Assembly (NCBI GenBank): GCA_902791865.1
Contig: CADAXK010000008.1
Coordinates: 9,198-73,197 of the forward strand
From: an uncultured Bacteroidia bacterium
Lineage (GTDB): Bacteria; Bacteroidota; Bacteroidia; Bacteroidales; ML635J-15
DNA: 64,000 bases
Direction of reading: 5' to 3'
Part shown: positions 18,315 to 27,664 of the stretch, piece after piece
Position numbering within the stretch: position 1 is the stretch's first letter
How the letters are laid out: the number at the start of each line of letters is the position of its first letter
Translations under genes and position numbers: made by a program
Notes under the pieces: model-generated
Seen by the model: the letters and a program-made list of their open reading frames with translations, nothing else
Database searches by the model: none
Told to the model about the DNA's origin: nothing

Positions 18315-21300
18315 TTACTTTACAACATTGAGTTTTACAACTTCAGCGTCAACCTTTACGAAGTAGGTTCCGTTTGCGAAGTTGCTAACGTCGATAGTCT
18401 GGTTAGCTGCTGCATTTTCGATGCTTGCAACAACCTGACCGAGAGAGTTAACTACGATGATGTCCTTACCTTCTGCATTAGCAATGGTTACCATATCGCT
18501 AGTTGGGTTAGGATATACAGAGATAGTTTCTGCAATGTTTTCTTCAGCAGCGTTGCTAACTGCTATTGAGAAGTCGTCAACCAATAAAGCAACACCATCT
18601 TCACCTGTATGGATTATTGCAATATAGATGGTCTGACCTGCAAAGTTTGCCAATGAATAAGTCTTTTCTGCCCATTCACCACCATTAAGGTCAACATCAA
18701 TTTCTTCTTCTTCAATAGCTGTTGTAGTAAAGCTTGCCAAATCATTATTGGTAGTTGAAATCTTTACAGTAAGGTTTTCTTCATACGAGTATGTATTTGC
18801 TACATAGAATGTAAGACCATAGTTACCTGTAGTTGGAATTGTAATAGCTGGTGTAATCAAATAATTTTCTGGAGTCAAAGCACCATATCTATGATTAATA
18901 TATGATTCTGAAGCCAAACTTCCATTACCAGAGTGGGTAAAATAAGTAATTTCTTCAGGATCTTCCCATAGAGAAATCATATCAGCAGTATTCATCCAGA
19001 TATGTCCGTCACCGTCAGCATCAATTGTTGTCCAGCAATCAGGCATACCGTTTTCGAAACCTTCTTCGAATGGGAATTCAGTGATAGCACTGCAACCAAC
19101 CAATGTGAATGTTGCTGTCAATTCGTTGTCGTCAGCATCATCTTCGATATCGTTTGGCTTTGAAACCTTAACAGTGATTGTGTATTCACCAGTAGCTTCC
19201 GGAGTGAAAGGAACTGAATGAGTGAAGTTGTGGGTTGCACCTTCAGCAACGTTACATTCGATAGTGTCGTTTGCAACAAATTCGCCTTCACCGACCTTGT
19301 AGGTAACAATGTAGCTTGTGAGTGCGCAGCTATTGTTGGTTATAGTACCAGCAATGTTGATTGATTCTGCGAATGGAATTCTAGCTTCGTCAGCAGGAAC
19401 GATAGAGGTAAGTTCGATTTCTGGAACCATCTTTTCGATTGTGCCTGCTAAGGTGTCATTGGTGTGGTTTTCGTCGCCAGCTAAAGTTATGTAAGTTACT
19501 ACATCGTATTCGCCAACTTCTGCCAATGCCATTGGAGTTTCGAATGTGAATACATACGAAGAATCGAGTGCAAGAGCATTTTCCAATGTGAATTCCTGAG
19601 AAACAGGTGCATTGTCGTCAACCTTGTAAGCAGCAGTGAAAGTAGTCAAAGGAGTTGACCCGTTGTTTGTAATAGTAGCAGAGATTGTGCTTGATTCGAT
19701 TCCGCATCCCGAAGGTGTTCCGAAAGTAAGGTTGGAAATGCTAGCCTCGTAAGGAGGAATAGCTTCAATATGGATGCTGTCGATAGAAAGACGGAGCATA
19801 TCAGCTGCGCTGTAGCAGTAGAAACCTAAGTAGTAAACACCCTCTTCTGCAACAACAAAGTTCTTGTTAGCAATAGCATTACTGTTCAATGAAGGATAGT
19901 CTTCAATCACGTTGGTCATTGCTTCAACAGTCGGAGCATTTCCGTAGAATACCTTAAGGCTTTCAGGGAAACTCGACGATGCAACATGATGGAAACTCAA
20001 CTTGTAAGAACCAGCAGGGATAGCGATGCATGAAGAAATCAACCAGTCGTTTGCTGCATTGGTTGAGTTATATCTATAGCTTGCACCATAAGAACTTGCG
20101 TATGCCCAAGTTGAGCCGTCATTGTTTGCATCAACGATTGTCCAGCCGTTGAGAGCCTCTTCGTTGTTAATTACCAATGTGTAAGGCAATGTTTCTGGAG
20201 CAAATCTGCTAAAGCTTCCTTCAGCTTCGTTGTCATCAGTATTGGTGTCGCCTTCCAATGTTGCAATTACTTCAACATCATAATCGCCATCAGCGTCAAT
20301 AGTAATTGCCTGTTCGAATGTATATGTGTAAACAGAATCACTTGCGATTGCTTGTGCAGGAGTTACGGTAACTTCTACAGGAGTACCTTCGTTTACTGCA
20401 TACGAAAGACCAAATGATGAGATAGGTTCAGTACCAACGTTCTTGACAGTAACGATAACTGTATTTGTTTCCAATGTACAATTCGATGCAGTACCAAAGT
20501 TAACATTAGTAACAGCAATGTCCTGTGCAAGGATTTCAAAGATGCTGAAATTATCAATATTTAGATAGAATTGATCAGATACGTTGAAATGACGTATTGC
20601 AATATAAACAGTCTGACCTGCATATGCGCTGAGGTCTGTATTCTTTTCACCCCAAGTACCTTGTACTCTATGGTTACCACCGTTAGAGTTCATTGTCTCT
20701 TCCCACAACATTGTGAAAGCGGCTGTATCATTGGTTGTTGTAGAAATATAAACACCATAATGTTCTGCAGCATAACTTGCGTCCTGTCCGTTAGCATAGA
20801 ATCTAAGATTAATAATATTTGTTGTTGTTGGCAATGTAATAGGAGGAGTTATCAACCAGTTGTCTGGATGCAAAGCTGTTCCATAATATGATGCAGAAGT
20901 TGCACAGAAACCTTGTCCTCCGTAACCAACAACACCACCTGTAGTACTTACAAACCAGTTGTTGCCATCTTCATCTCCATCAACAAGAGTCCAGCATTGT
21001 GGAATGCCATTTTCAAAACCTTCTTCGTATGGGAAAGAAGTAATTGCAGCAGTACAATCATAGGTAATAGCAGTAAGAGCAATAGTCTGGTTGTCAACAC
21101 CAGCTGTTGCAACAGTAACAGTTCCAGTTACATTAAGAGCTTCTGCATCTGCTGGAATGTACCTAACATAAAATGTTCCTGCGCCAGTCATTGTTGCGCT
21201 GGTCCCAAAAGTAGTATTGTCTGCCGATACTTCGAAAGGAGCAGCAGTTGTGATTGTAATGTCATCGGTTAAGTTTGCAGCAACGATAGTTGCAGTTTTC

Positions 21301-21992
21301 GATGTAGTATTTGCATCTCCAACAAATCCAACGAATGACATTTCGCTAGGAGATACCATCATTACAGGATCTGTACTGATTTCATCTTCTACTGTTGCTG
21401 CAATAATGTTGTTGTAGCTTAGGTCGTATTCGGTCATAGAAACCAATTCGTCGCCAAATGCTCCTATGCAAAGCAAATCGCCATTTGTTACAGCTGGTCC
21501 AGCATCCATTCCTAATGGATATCCTCCAGTTACAGTAACTTCGTATGCTACCATAATTGCAGTTTCTGTTGGAATCTGGTAAGGAACAATTAATTCTATT
21601 TCGTTAACACCATTAACAAAAGTACATGCCTGTTCATATGCTACGACAGGTGCGTCTATAGTGCCTGTAAGAATTCCAACTTTTCCTGATGTTATGACAC
21701 TAGCATTATCAATACCAATAGTGATTTTTGTAATGTACTGTCCAACGTAACTTGTAAGGTCTGCCGTTTCAAATCTTGATGCAGCATAAAGTGTTCCTGC
21801 ACTTCCCGTTCCAATGCCATTTCCTTCGACATAATCACCACAATGCTTTAGAGTTCCTGTTACGGCTCTAGTACTTTTGAAAGCAACTGAATTTTGGGAA
21901 GCCTTAAATGTCGGCTTCGTAAGTTGCTTTGTTTGTGCAAAGCCCATAGCTGCTACGAGCAATGCAATCATTAAAATTGTAAACTTTTTCAT
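18315..21992 (-). CDS. Very large T9SS-secreted surface protein (adhesin-like, choice-of-anchor-J-type modules)
   Basis: Signal peptide at the internal Met (MKKFTILMIALLVAAMGFAQ). Two FP[YF]EEGFENG[IM]P.CWT..D.D.DG..W modules, several CARDB-like repeats, and a C-terminal CTD (VYPNPTSDMVTI...GTYFVKVDAEVVKLNVVK). Confidence 0.85.
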   Translation of the reverse strand: MKKFTILMIALLVAAMGFAQTKQLTKPTFKASQNSVAFKSTRAVTGTLKHCGDYVEGNGIGTGSAGTLYAASRFETADLTSYVGQYITKITIGIDNASVITSGKVGILTGTIDAPVVAYEQACTFVNGVNEIELIVPYQIPTETAIMVAYEVTVTGGYPLGMDAGPAVTNGDLLCIGAFGDELVSMTEYDLSYNNIIAATVEDEISTDPVMMVSPSEMSFVGFVGDANTTSKTATIVAANLTDDITITTAAPFEVSADNTTFGTSATMTGAGTFYVRYIPADAEALNVTGTVTVATAGVDNQTIALTAITYDCTAAITSFPYEEGFENGIPQCWTLVDGDEDGNNWFVSTTGGVVGYGGQGFCATSASYYGTALHPDNWLITPPITLPTTTNIINLRFYANGQDASYAAEHYGVYISTTTNDTAAFTMLWEETMNSNGGNHRVQGTWGEKNTDLSAYAGQTVYIAIRHFNVSDQFYLNIDNFSIFEILAQDIAVTNVNFGTASNCTLETNTVIVTVKNVGTEPISSFGLSYAVNEGTPVEVTVTPAQAIASDSVYTYTFEQAITIDADGDYDVEVIATLEGDTNTDDNEAEGSFSRFAPETLPYTLVINNEEALNGWTIVDANNDGSTWAYASSYGASYRYNSTNAANDWLISSCIAIPAGSYKLSFHHVASSSFPESLKVFYGNAPTVEAMTNVIEDYPSLNSNAIANKNFVVAEEGVYYLGFYCYSAADMLRLSIDSIHIEAIPPYEASISNLTFGTPSGCGIESSTISATITNNGSTPLTTFTAAYKVDDNAPVSQEFTLENALALDSSYVFTFETPMALAEVGEYDVVTYITLAGDENHTNDTLAGTIEKMVPEIELTSIVPADEARIPFAESINIAGTITNNSCALTSYIVTYKVGEGEFVANDTIECNVAEGATHNFTHSVPFTPEATGEYTITVKVSKPNDIEDDADDNELTATFTLVGCSAITEFPFEEGFENGMPDCWTTIDADGDGHIWMNTADMISLWEDPEEITYFTHSGNGSLASESYINHRYGALTPENYLITPAITIPTTGNYGLTFYVANTYSYEENLTVKISTTNNDLASFTTTAIEEEEIDVDLNGGEWAEKTYSLANFAGQTIYIAIIHTGEDGVALLVDDFSIAVSNAAEENIAETISVYPNPTSDMVTIANAEGKDIIVVNSLGQVVASIENAAANQTIDVSNFANGTYFVKVDAEVVKLNVVK

Positions 21993-22215
21993 TTCAATAA
22001 AATTTAAATTATTAAGAAGCAAAGATATGAAGATTTTTTGGAACAGAGAGTATATTTTTGATATTTTTTTCAACAGGACAGACTTGTTTTTCAATGTGTT
22101 TTTGTTGAAGGAGAAACTGCTACTCATATGGATTCTACCGCATTGTAATCGTACGAAGATTTAAGGATTCAAAAATTTAATGGTTTGAAATGGTTTGAGG
22201 TTGTTTCTGGTTGTT

Positions 22216-22241
22216 GAGACGCAAGGCCTTGCGTCTGTACA
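22216..22241. repeat. Terminal hairpin of the repeat family (GAGACGCAAGGCCTTGCGTCTGTACA), with no 19-nt units
   Basis: Read directly. It lies between the 5' end of the 18315-21992 gene and rnpB. Confidence 0.8.
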
Positions 22242-22337
22242 ATACGAAAAGGATATTGAGAATTGTTTTGGTATTGGCTTTTAGCCTGTCAGCCTTCATG
22301 CCTTTAAGTCTGCTTGGCTGTGTGCCTTTTAGAAAAA

Positions 22338-22668
22338 AATCGAGTAGGCCGTAAGCCGAATTCTGTGGCATCCGGGGATGCTGTCTATCATTTATCTGTG
22401 CATTCTACCCCTCGGCTCGGGCGGGCAACCCTATAACGCCGATATACATGAACTTGCAGCTTGCGGGGCGGACGGCTGGCGGTGTCGCCACCACCACCGG
22501 TGGGCTCTTACTCCACCTTCTCACCTTTACCTTGTCGCCAAGGAAGTCGTTCTCTTCTCCGCGACCAAGCCTTCGCAGTCTTCTCCTATTTCAGAAGCGC
22601 AATGCCCTGTGCTGTCCGGACTTTCCTCATTACTTTGCAGTAACGCGATAGACTGACCTACTCGGGGG
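22338..22668 (-). ncRNA. rnpB: RNase P RNA, bacterial type A
   Basis: The minus strand contains GAGGAAAGTCCGGAC, GGTGAGAAGGTGGAGTAAGAGCCCACC and ACAGAATTCGGCTTACGGCCTACTCG. The 5' CGAGTAGG and 3' CCTACTCG can pair as P1. Ends are approximate (+/-10 nt). Confidence 0.85.
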
Positions 22669-22676
22669 CAAAGATA

Positions 22677-22860
22677 GTTAAAAGTTAAAAGTTGAAAGTT
22701 AAAAGTTGAAAAGTTTTGTGGGCTGACGAAAGTTTCATGGGCTAACGCCCGTTTCAAAGTTTCACGTTCAATGTTTAAAGTTCAACGTTCAATGTTTAAC
22801 GTTAAAAGATTTTGTGCTGCTGAAGCCGAACCTTGAACCCTTAAACTTTGAACCTTAAAC
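22677..22860. repeat. Low-complexity word repeats plus a GGGCTGACG...GGGCTAACGCC module
   Basis: Includes AAAGTTAAAAGTTGAAAGTTAAAAGTTGAAAAG, AAAGTTTCACGTTCAATGTTTAAAGTTCAACGTTCAATGTTTAACGTT and GAACCTTGAACCCTTAAACTTTGAACCTTAAACC. Confidence 0.7.
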
Positions 22861-22863
22861 CTC

Positions 22864-24846
22864 CTATTTTGCTACCATGAACTTAATGGCTTTGCGTTTC
22901 TTTTGAGCTTTCTTGTCGCCAACAAGAACTTTCAGATAGTAGTATCCGCTATTGTATTTGGAAACATCAATAATTGTATCCATGCTATCGATGATGCCAC
23001 TATCCATAAACATACCCATTTCGTTGTATATCTGATATTCATAAATGTCTTTTGTTATGTCGTAGTTCGCCCTGACAGTGATTTGTCCTGATGATGTTGG
23101 GTTCGGGAAAATCTCGAAGTTTACAATTTCAGGTGTAGGTTCTGGTTCGGGTATTATAGGTTTGGGCAATACTTTGAGTGTAAGTGTGACAATTGAGTCG
23201 CATCCTTCATCGTTTGTTAATGTTTGAGTGAAAGTATAATCGCCATCTTCGTGTATTGCTGCAATTTCGAAACCATTGTTTGTGTAGTCTGTATCAATCT
23301 CAATGCTGTCGATTAGCTCAATATTGTCGATTCTGCCGACTTCGAGACGGAGAACGACAATGCTGTCGCAGATGTTGCCTACTGAACCCGCAGCAAAGAA
23401 TAATGTGTCAAATATGATGTTGTTGGTTCTGTTAACTATTTCGGAATATTCAATGTTAAAGCCATTGCCGTGGTATTCGTCACCACCGTCGCAGATATGC
23501 TCTGGGATGTTCACCTGATAGTGGTCGTCGACCCTTAGGTTAAGTTTTATGGTGCTGTCGCATCCATGCTGGCTTGTGAGCAGGTGCTGGTATGTGCCAG
23601 TTTGGTTTAGTTCCTGTCCGAAGAAGTTGTATGTTGCGCTTTCGCAAATTGTAAGGTCGATATTTGTTGTGTAGGTGTCGTTAACGGTGAGTCTCAATTC
23701 AACTACCGAATCGCATCCGTTAGCAAGCGGATATGAATTGCTATGGTTGAATGTTCCGGCATTGTTTTGCATTGGCAGAGTAAAACCATTTTGGCTGTAT
23801 GAGTCACCCTTGCAAATTTCATCTGATAAATTGTAAGTAATTATGCTTCTGTAATGAACGGTATATGTTTTTGCTTTGTCGCCGTGTGTTACATTTATTG
23901 TGGCGGTTTTACCATCTGCAGAAAGGTTTGTAGAATATTCGGCACGAGGCGATGCGGTTGTCGCTGAAATATAATTTGTAGAACCGCATGGTACATCTAT
24001 GTAATAATCTGTTGTATTCTGGTTGAAATTGGGAATTTCTGTGCCGTTTATGGTTATTGACGAGAGATTTGCATTGTATATTAGTTCAATGTCATCAATG
24101 AAGAGTTCATCGCCTGCGCTACCTGCCATAGCCTCCCAGTTGGTCGAGAATGTTATAAGGATAAACTGCGGATCGTTTGACGGGCAACCTTCGTAATCGA
24201 TAGGAGAAGAATGGCGGCGCCATCCGCTATTATCGACAGCAACACCACCAGAGGTATTTGTGAAGTTGTAAGAAGGGACTTTACCAACTATATGGGCTTC
24301 GTATCCAGCTTGATTTCCTGGCAGAGGGTCCTGAAGGTTGTAATTGTCGTGTATGTAAAGGTGGCAGCACGCTTGACTTGCATTGCTGGCGTTGTGAACC
24401 TTTGCCCAGAAAACTATTGAATCTGGTTTCGCGTTTAGGCGGTGATTGAATTCATTATTATCTTTTATTGTTCTGTTTCCGTTAGCAGAGTTGTTGGCAT
24501 CCAATGAAACAAGTTGCATTTGTCCACTAGTTAGTGCTCCATTTGCGACAATACCCGCAAAAGGACTGGTCGAGTATATACGACACGAATAATTTCCAGT
24601 TGAACCAGGCCTTACATTGTTTGAGCGCTCGTGCCTTTTCCCTTTTGCAGTACTACAACCTACCCACATAGTACAGTTTGCTGATGGATAAGAGTTCCAT
24701 CCTGTAGGTTCATCGTTATTGCCACCGTCCCATTGTTCGAAGCCTGGGTTTTCGAATTGATATACCTGTGAATATGTGTTTTGAGGAATTGCTAAAGCAA
24801 AAATTGCAATAATTGCAGTAAAAAAAGTGAAATTCTTTATTCTCAT
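22864..24846 (-). CDS. T9SS-secreted surface protein (PCMD-like N-domain, cadherin-like beta-sandwich, Cys repeats, CTD)
   Basis: Signal peptide at the internal Met (MRIKNFTFFTAIIAIFALAIPQNTYSQ). Contains FENPGFEQWDGG...PTGWNSY and LSSITINGTEIPNFNQNTTDYYIDV. Four ...GCDS.v.L.L.V repeats. The C-terminus is IFPNPTSSGQITV...GYYYLKVLVGDKK. Confidence 0.8.
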   Translation of the reverse strand: MRIKNFTFFTAIIAIFALAIPQNTYSQVYQFENPGFEQWDGGNNDEPTGWNSYPSANCTMWVGCSTAKGKRHERSNNVRPGSTGNYSCRIYSTSPFAGIVANGALTSGQMQLVSLDANNSANGNRTIKDNNEFNHRLNAKPDSIVFWAKVHNASNASQACCHLYIHDNYNLQDPLPGNQAGYEAHIVGKVPSYNFTNTSGGVAVDNSGWRRHSSPIDYEGCPSNDPQFILITFSTNWEAMAGSAGDELFIDDIELIYNANLSSITINGTEIPNFNQNTTDYYIDVPCGSTNYISATTASPRAEYSTNLSADGKTATINVTHGDKAKTYTVHYRSIITYNLSDEICKGDSYSQNGFTLPMQNNAGTFNHSNSYPLANGCDSVVELRLTVNDTYTTNIDLTICESATYNFFGQELNQTGTYQHLLTSQHGCDSTIKLNLRVDDHYQVNIPEHICDGGDEYHGNGFNIEYSEIVNRTNNIIFDTLFFAAGSVGNICDSIVVLRLEVGRIDNIELIDSIEIDTDYTNNGFEIAAIHEDGDYTFTQTLTNDEGCDSIVTLTLKVLPKPIIPEPEPTPEIVNFEIFPNPTSSGQITVRANYDITKDIYEYQIYNEMGMFMDSGIIDSMDTIIDVSKYNSGYYYLKVLVGDKKAQKKRKAIKFMVAK

Positions 24847-24992
24847 ATATATGCCTTTTAAAATTTCAAGGCGCAAAGGTCTAATAAATTTTTTGAATAA
24901 TAGTTTTTTTGTGAGAGTTTTTTTAACGATGGGGTGTTGATGAGAATCGCGCATTCGGGACGATGCATGCATCGTCCGTGCATTTTAGCATT

Positions 24993-25100
24993 GCAATAAT
25001 TTGCGTTGATTGCAATGATTTGCCCCGATTGAGACGCAAAATTTTGCGTCTGTACAATCGAATATATTATTTGCGTTTCATAGGCAAACGCCTGTTCGCC
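24993..25100. repeat. Repeat-family copy: two 19-nt units, the terminal hairpin and a roughly 45-nt extension
   Basis: GCAATAATTTGCGTTGATT, then GCAATGATTTGCCCCGATT, then GAGACGCAAAATTTTGCGTCTGTACA (25031-25056), then AATCGAATATATTATTTGCGTTTCATAGGCAAACGCCTGTT. Confidence 0.8.
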
Positions 25101-25192
25101 TGCAAGCCTTTTTGCCCATTATCCAAATCAAAAATCGTAAATCGTAATTCGTCATTCTAAAATATTATTGTATTTTTGTAAAAAGTTTAATC

Positions 25193-25963
25193 ATGAAGAC
25201 AAAAGAAGAAATTGTAAGCGATTGGCTGCCGAGATATACGGGAAAGACACTTGATAGTTTTGGGGAATATATCCTGTTGACTAATTTTCAGTTGTATGTA
25301 GATTTGTTTGCCGAATGGAACAATGTTCCTGTTGATGGGCTTGACAGAAATATGCCTAGTGCTACTGTTGATGGGATTACCATAATAAATTTTGGTATGG
25401 GAAGCCCCAACGCGGCAATAATAATGGATTTGCTGAGTGCTGTTTCGCCTAAGGCAGTGCTGTTTCTTGGCAAGTGCGGTGGTTTGAAGGCAAAAAATAA
25501 GCTTGGCGATTTGATTTTGCCGATTGCTGCAATCCGTAGCGAAGGTACATCAAACGACTATCTGCCACCCGAAGTTCCTGCTTTGCCGGCATTTATGCTT
25601 CAGCGAGCTGTGTCAACATCCATAAGGGACAATGGACACGACTATTGGACAGGAACGGTGTTTACAACAAACCGCAGGGTATGGGAATACGACGAGCGTT
25701 TTAAGAAATACCTTATCAAGACGCGTGCGATGGCTGTAGATATGGAGACGGCAACAATATTTATAGTAGGTTTTGCCAATGAAATTCCATGCGGAGCCTT
25801 GTTGCTGGTCAGCGATCAGCCTATGGTTTCGTCTGGTGTAAAAACCGAGGCGAGCGACAAGAAAGTTACAGAGCAATTTGTGCACGACCATTTAAAAATA
25901 GGTATAGATTCGCTGAGGATAATAAAGAGAGGCGGTTCATCAGTGAAACATTTGAAATTCTAG
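25193..25963 (+). CDS. Nucleoside phosphorylase-family protein (short AMP-nucleosidase-like)
   Basis: PNP_UDP_1-type motifs: FGMGSPNAAIIMDLL, GKCGGL and AVDMETATIF. Confidence 0.7.
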   Translation: MKTKEEIVSDWLPRYTGKTLDSFGEYILLTNFQLYVDLFAEWNNVPVDGLDRNMPSATVDGITIINFGMGSPNAAIIMDLLSAVSPKAVLFLGKCGGLKAKNKLGDLILPIAAIRSEGTSNDYLPPEVPALPAFMLQRAVSTSIRDNGHDYWTGTVFTTNRRVWEYDERFKKYLIKTRAMAVDMETATIFIVGFANEIPCGALLLVSDQPMVSSGVKTEASDKKVTEQFVHDHLKIGIDSLRIIKRGGSSVKHLKF

Positions 25964-26027
25964 TAGAGCCGTTGCGTGCAACGGCTCCATAAAGTGCCCC
26001 CAAAAGGGGAAATATGGATATATTGCA

Positions 26028-26630
26028 ATGAGAAGATTTGTTTTTGCATTGTTGATGATTGCCGCTAGTGCAGGTTGCTTCGCGCAAAGCGACGACGAGA
26101 AGTCGAAGATTGCGGAAATCCGCAAGATGTACAACAACGAGATGGAATGGATTAATATAATGCTTGGCGATGAAACTATTCCGGATGACTATATTACGGC
26201 AAAAGTAAGGCACAACCTTGCGGGATCAGGTCAGGCAGATGAAACAATAGAGTTCTTTTTCAATGATGATTTTGATGAGGATCTTGGCGAATATGTTTCG
26301 TCTTTGGATTTTGTGCGCAAGACGACCGTGTACACCATAGCGGAGGGCAAGTCGTATGAGGAGTTTTTGTATGACGATGCTGGTTTTCCAGCCTTCTATT
26401 ATGCAAGTTTCACGACCTATCTAAAAGATGGGGAACATTATGCGGAAAAGTATGTTGAGATTCGTGCATACTACGACAAGGGCGTGCAGTTTCATGTCAT
26501 TTGCAAGGTTGGAAACGACAAGTCGTCGCTGAAGGAAGTACCACTTACAGAAGAACTGGATGAATATCTTTTTAGGGGATTTTTGCAGTTCGGAAAATTG
26601 AAGGATGCGCTGAATGGCATATTGAACTAA
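26028..26630 (+). CDS. Hypothetical secreted protein
   Basis: Signal peptide MRRFVFALLMIAASAGCFAQ. No recognisable domain. Confidence 0.6.
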   Translation: MRRFVFALLMIAASAGCFAQSDDEKSKIAEIRKMYNNEMEWINIMLGDETIPDDYITAKVRHNLAGSGQADETIEFFFNDDFDEDLGEYVSSLDFVRKTTVYTIAEGKSYEEFLYDDAGFPAFYYASFTTYLKDGEHYAEKYVEIRAYYDKGVQFHVICKVGNDKSSLKEVPLTEELDEYLFRGFLQFGKLKDALNGILN

Positions 26631-26633
26631 ATG

Positions 26634-27623
26634 CTATAATTCAATAGAATTTGCCAATTTCCTAAAAGCATCCAAGCATTTTTTCTCGTCACCATACGAA
26701 ATTCCTGTTATCACAAAGTATCTGTCCTTGTCGAAAAGCACAAGCTGGTAGATGAATTCTGTTTTCAGGAACTTGCTCACACCATTTGCATATATTTCGT
26801 AGCCCGAAAGTTTTCCAGTACTGTACTTTTGGGGTTCGAGTTTGCTGTTTTCGTCCCAAGTGAGCGGATATAGTTTTATGCGATGCATGCAGATGTCTTT
26901 CTTTTGTTCTTCGGTGAATTGTATTCCGCTGCGGCTTTCATGGATTGTCACCGAGGTCATGTCGTCGGTTTTCGATGGAATGTTACCGTCGTCGGTGAAT
27001 GTGCGGGTGTCGCCCATTGGAGGACATTCGATAAGGCCGGTGCCTTCAAGGTTTACTTTGTATGTAAATGACTCGCTGATGGGTTTTGATTCCATTTTTG
27101 GGTCGAAAATTATACTAAGCAGCGAGTTGGTGATTTCGATGTTCAGGTTGTTTTGTATAGGCTTTGGCGTTGACCCCATGACAAGGTAGGTTTGTGAGCA
27201 GTTACCTATAATTAATATAGACACGGCAAGTTCCTTTTCGTTGATGTACTGGTCGCCATCTATCATCATGGCATCGAAACCGTTGATTTTGAAAAATGTT
27301 TCCTTCTTTACCACAATGCCAGCCTGAAACATCGATTTCTTGTCGAATGTGTAGAAATTACGGTTTACATCGCCATCGAGTTCCTGCACCGAAATGTAAC
27401 TTTGCGCTAGCGTGTGCTCGTATGTTGTAGCATTGCGACGGGTGAAACCTTGTGGCAGTTTTATTTTAAGTTTTGTGGTTTCAAAAGCGGTATATTCTTT
27501 CGAGTCGATGTTTGTTATTTCAATGGCTTTTGAGTTAATGCCTTGACAAACAACGGCTAAACTTGCAAGAATAAATAATATGACAAGAATAATCCTGTTC
27601 ATTTGCGAAAAAAAATTTTTCAA
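26634..27623 (-). CDS. Hypothetical secreted protein
   Basis: Hydrophobic N-terminal segment (MNRIILVILFILASLAVVCQG). No recognisable domain. Confidence 0.6.
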   Translation of the reverse strand: MKNFFSQMNRIILVILFILASLAVVCQGINSKAIEITNIDSKEYTAFETTKLKIKLPQGFTRRNATTYEHTLAQSYISVQELDGDVNRNFYTFDKKSMFQAGIVVKKETFFKINGFDAMMIDGDQYINEKELAVSILIIGNCSQTYLVMGSTPKPIQNNLNIEITNSLLSIIFDPKMESKPISESFTYKVNLEGTGLIECPPMGDTRTFTDDGNIPSKTDDMTSVTIHESRSGIQFTEEQKKDICMHRIKLYPLTWDENSKLEPQKYSTGKLSGYEIYANGVSKFLKTEFIYQLVLFDKDRYFVITGISYGDEKKCLDAFRKLANSIEL

Positions 27624-27664
27624 ATTTAATAATAATGTGTTATTTCGTAAAAAATTTTTGAACG

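Noticed and set aside
22378-22757. Several 60-92-aa ORFs on both strands
   Set aside because: They lie on the RNase P RNA gene and the adjacent repeat DNA. Conserved rnpB motifs explain the sequence.
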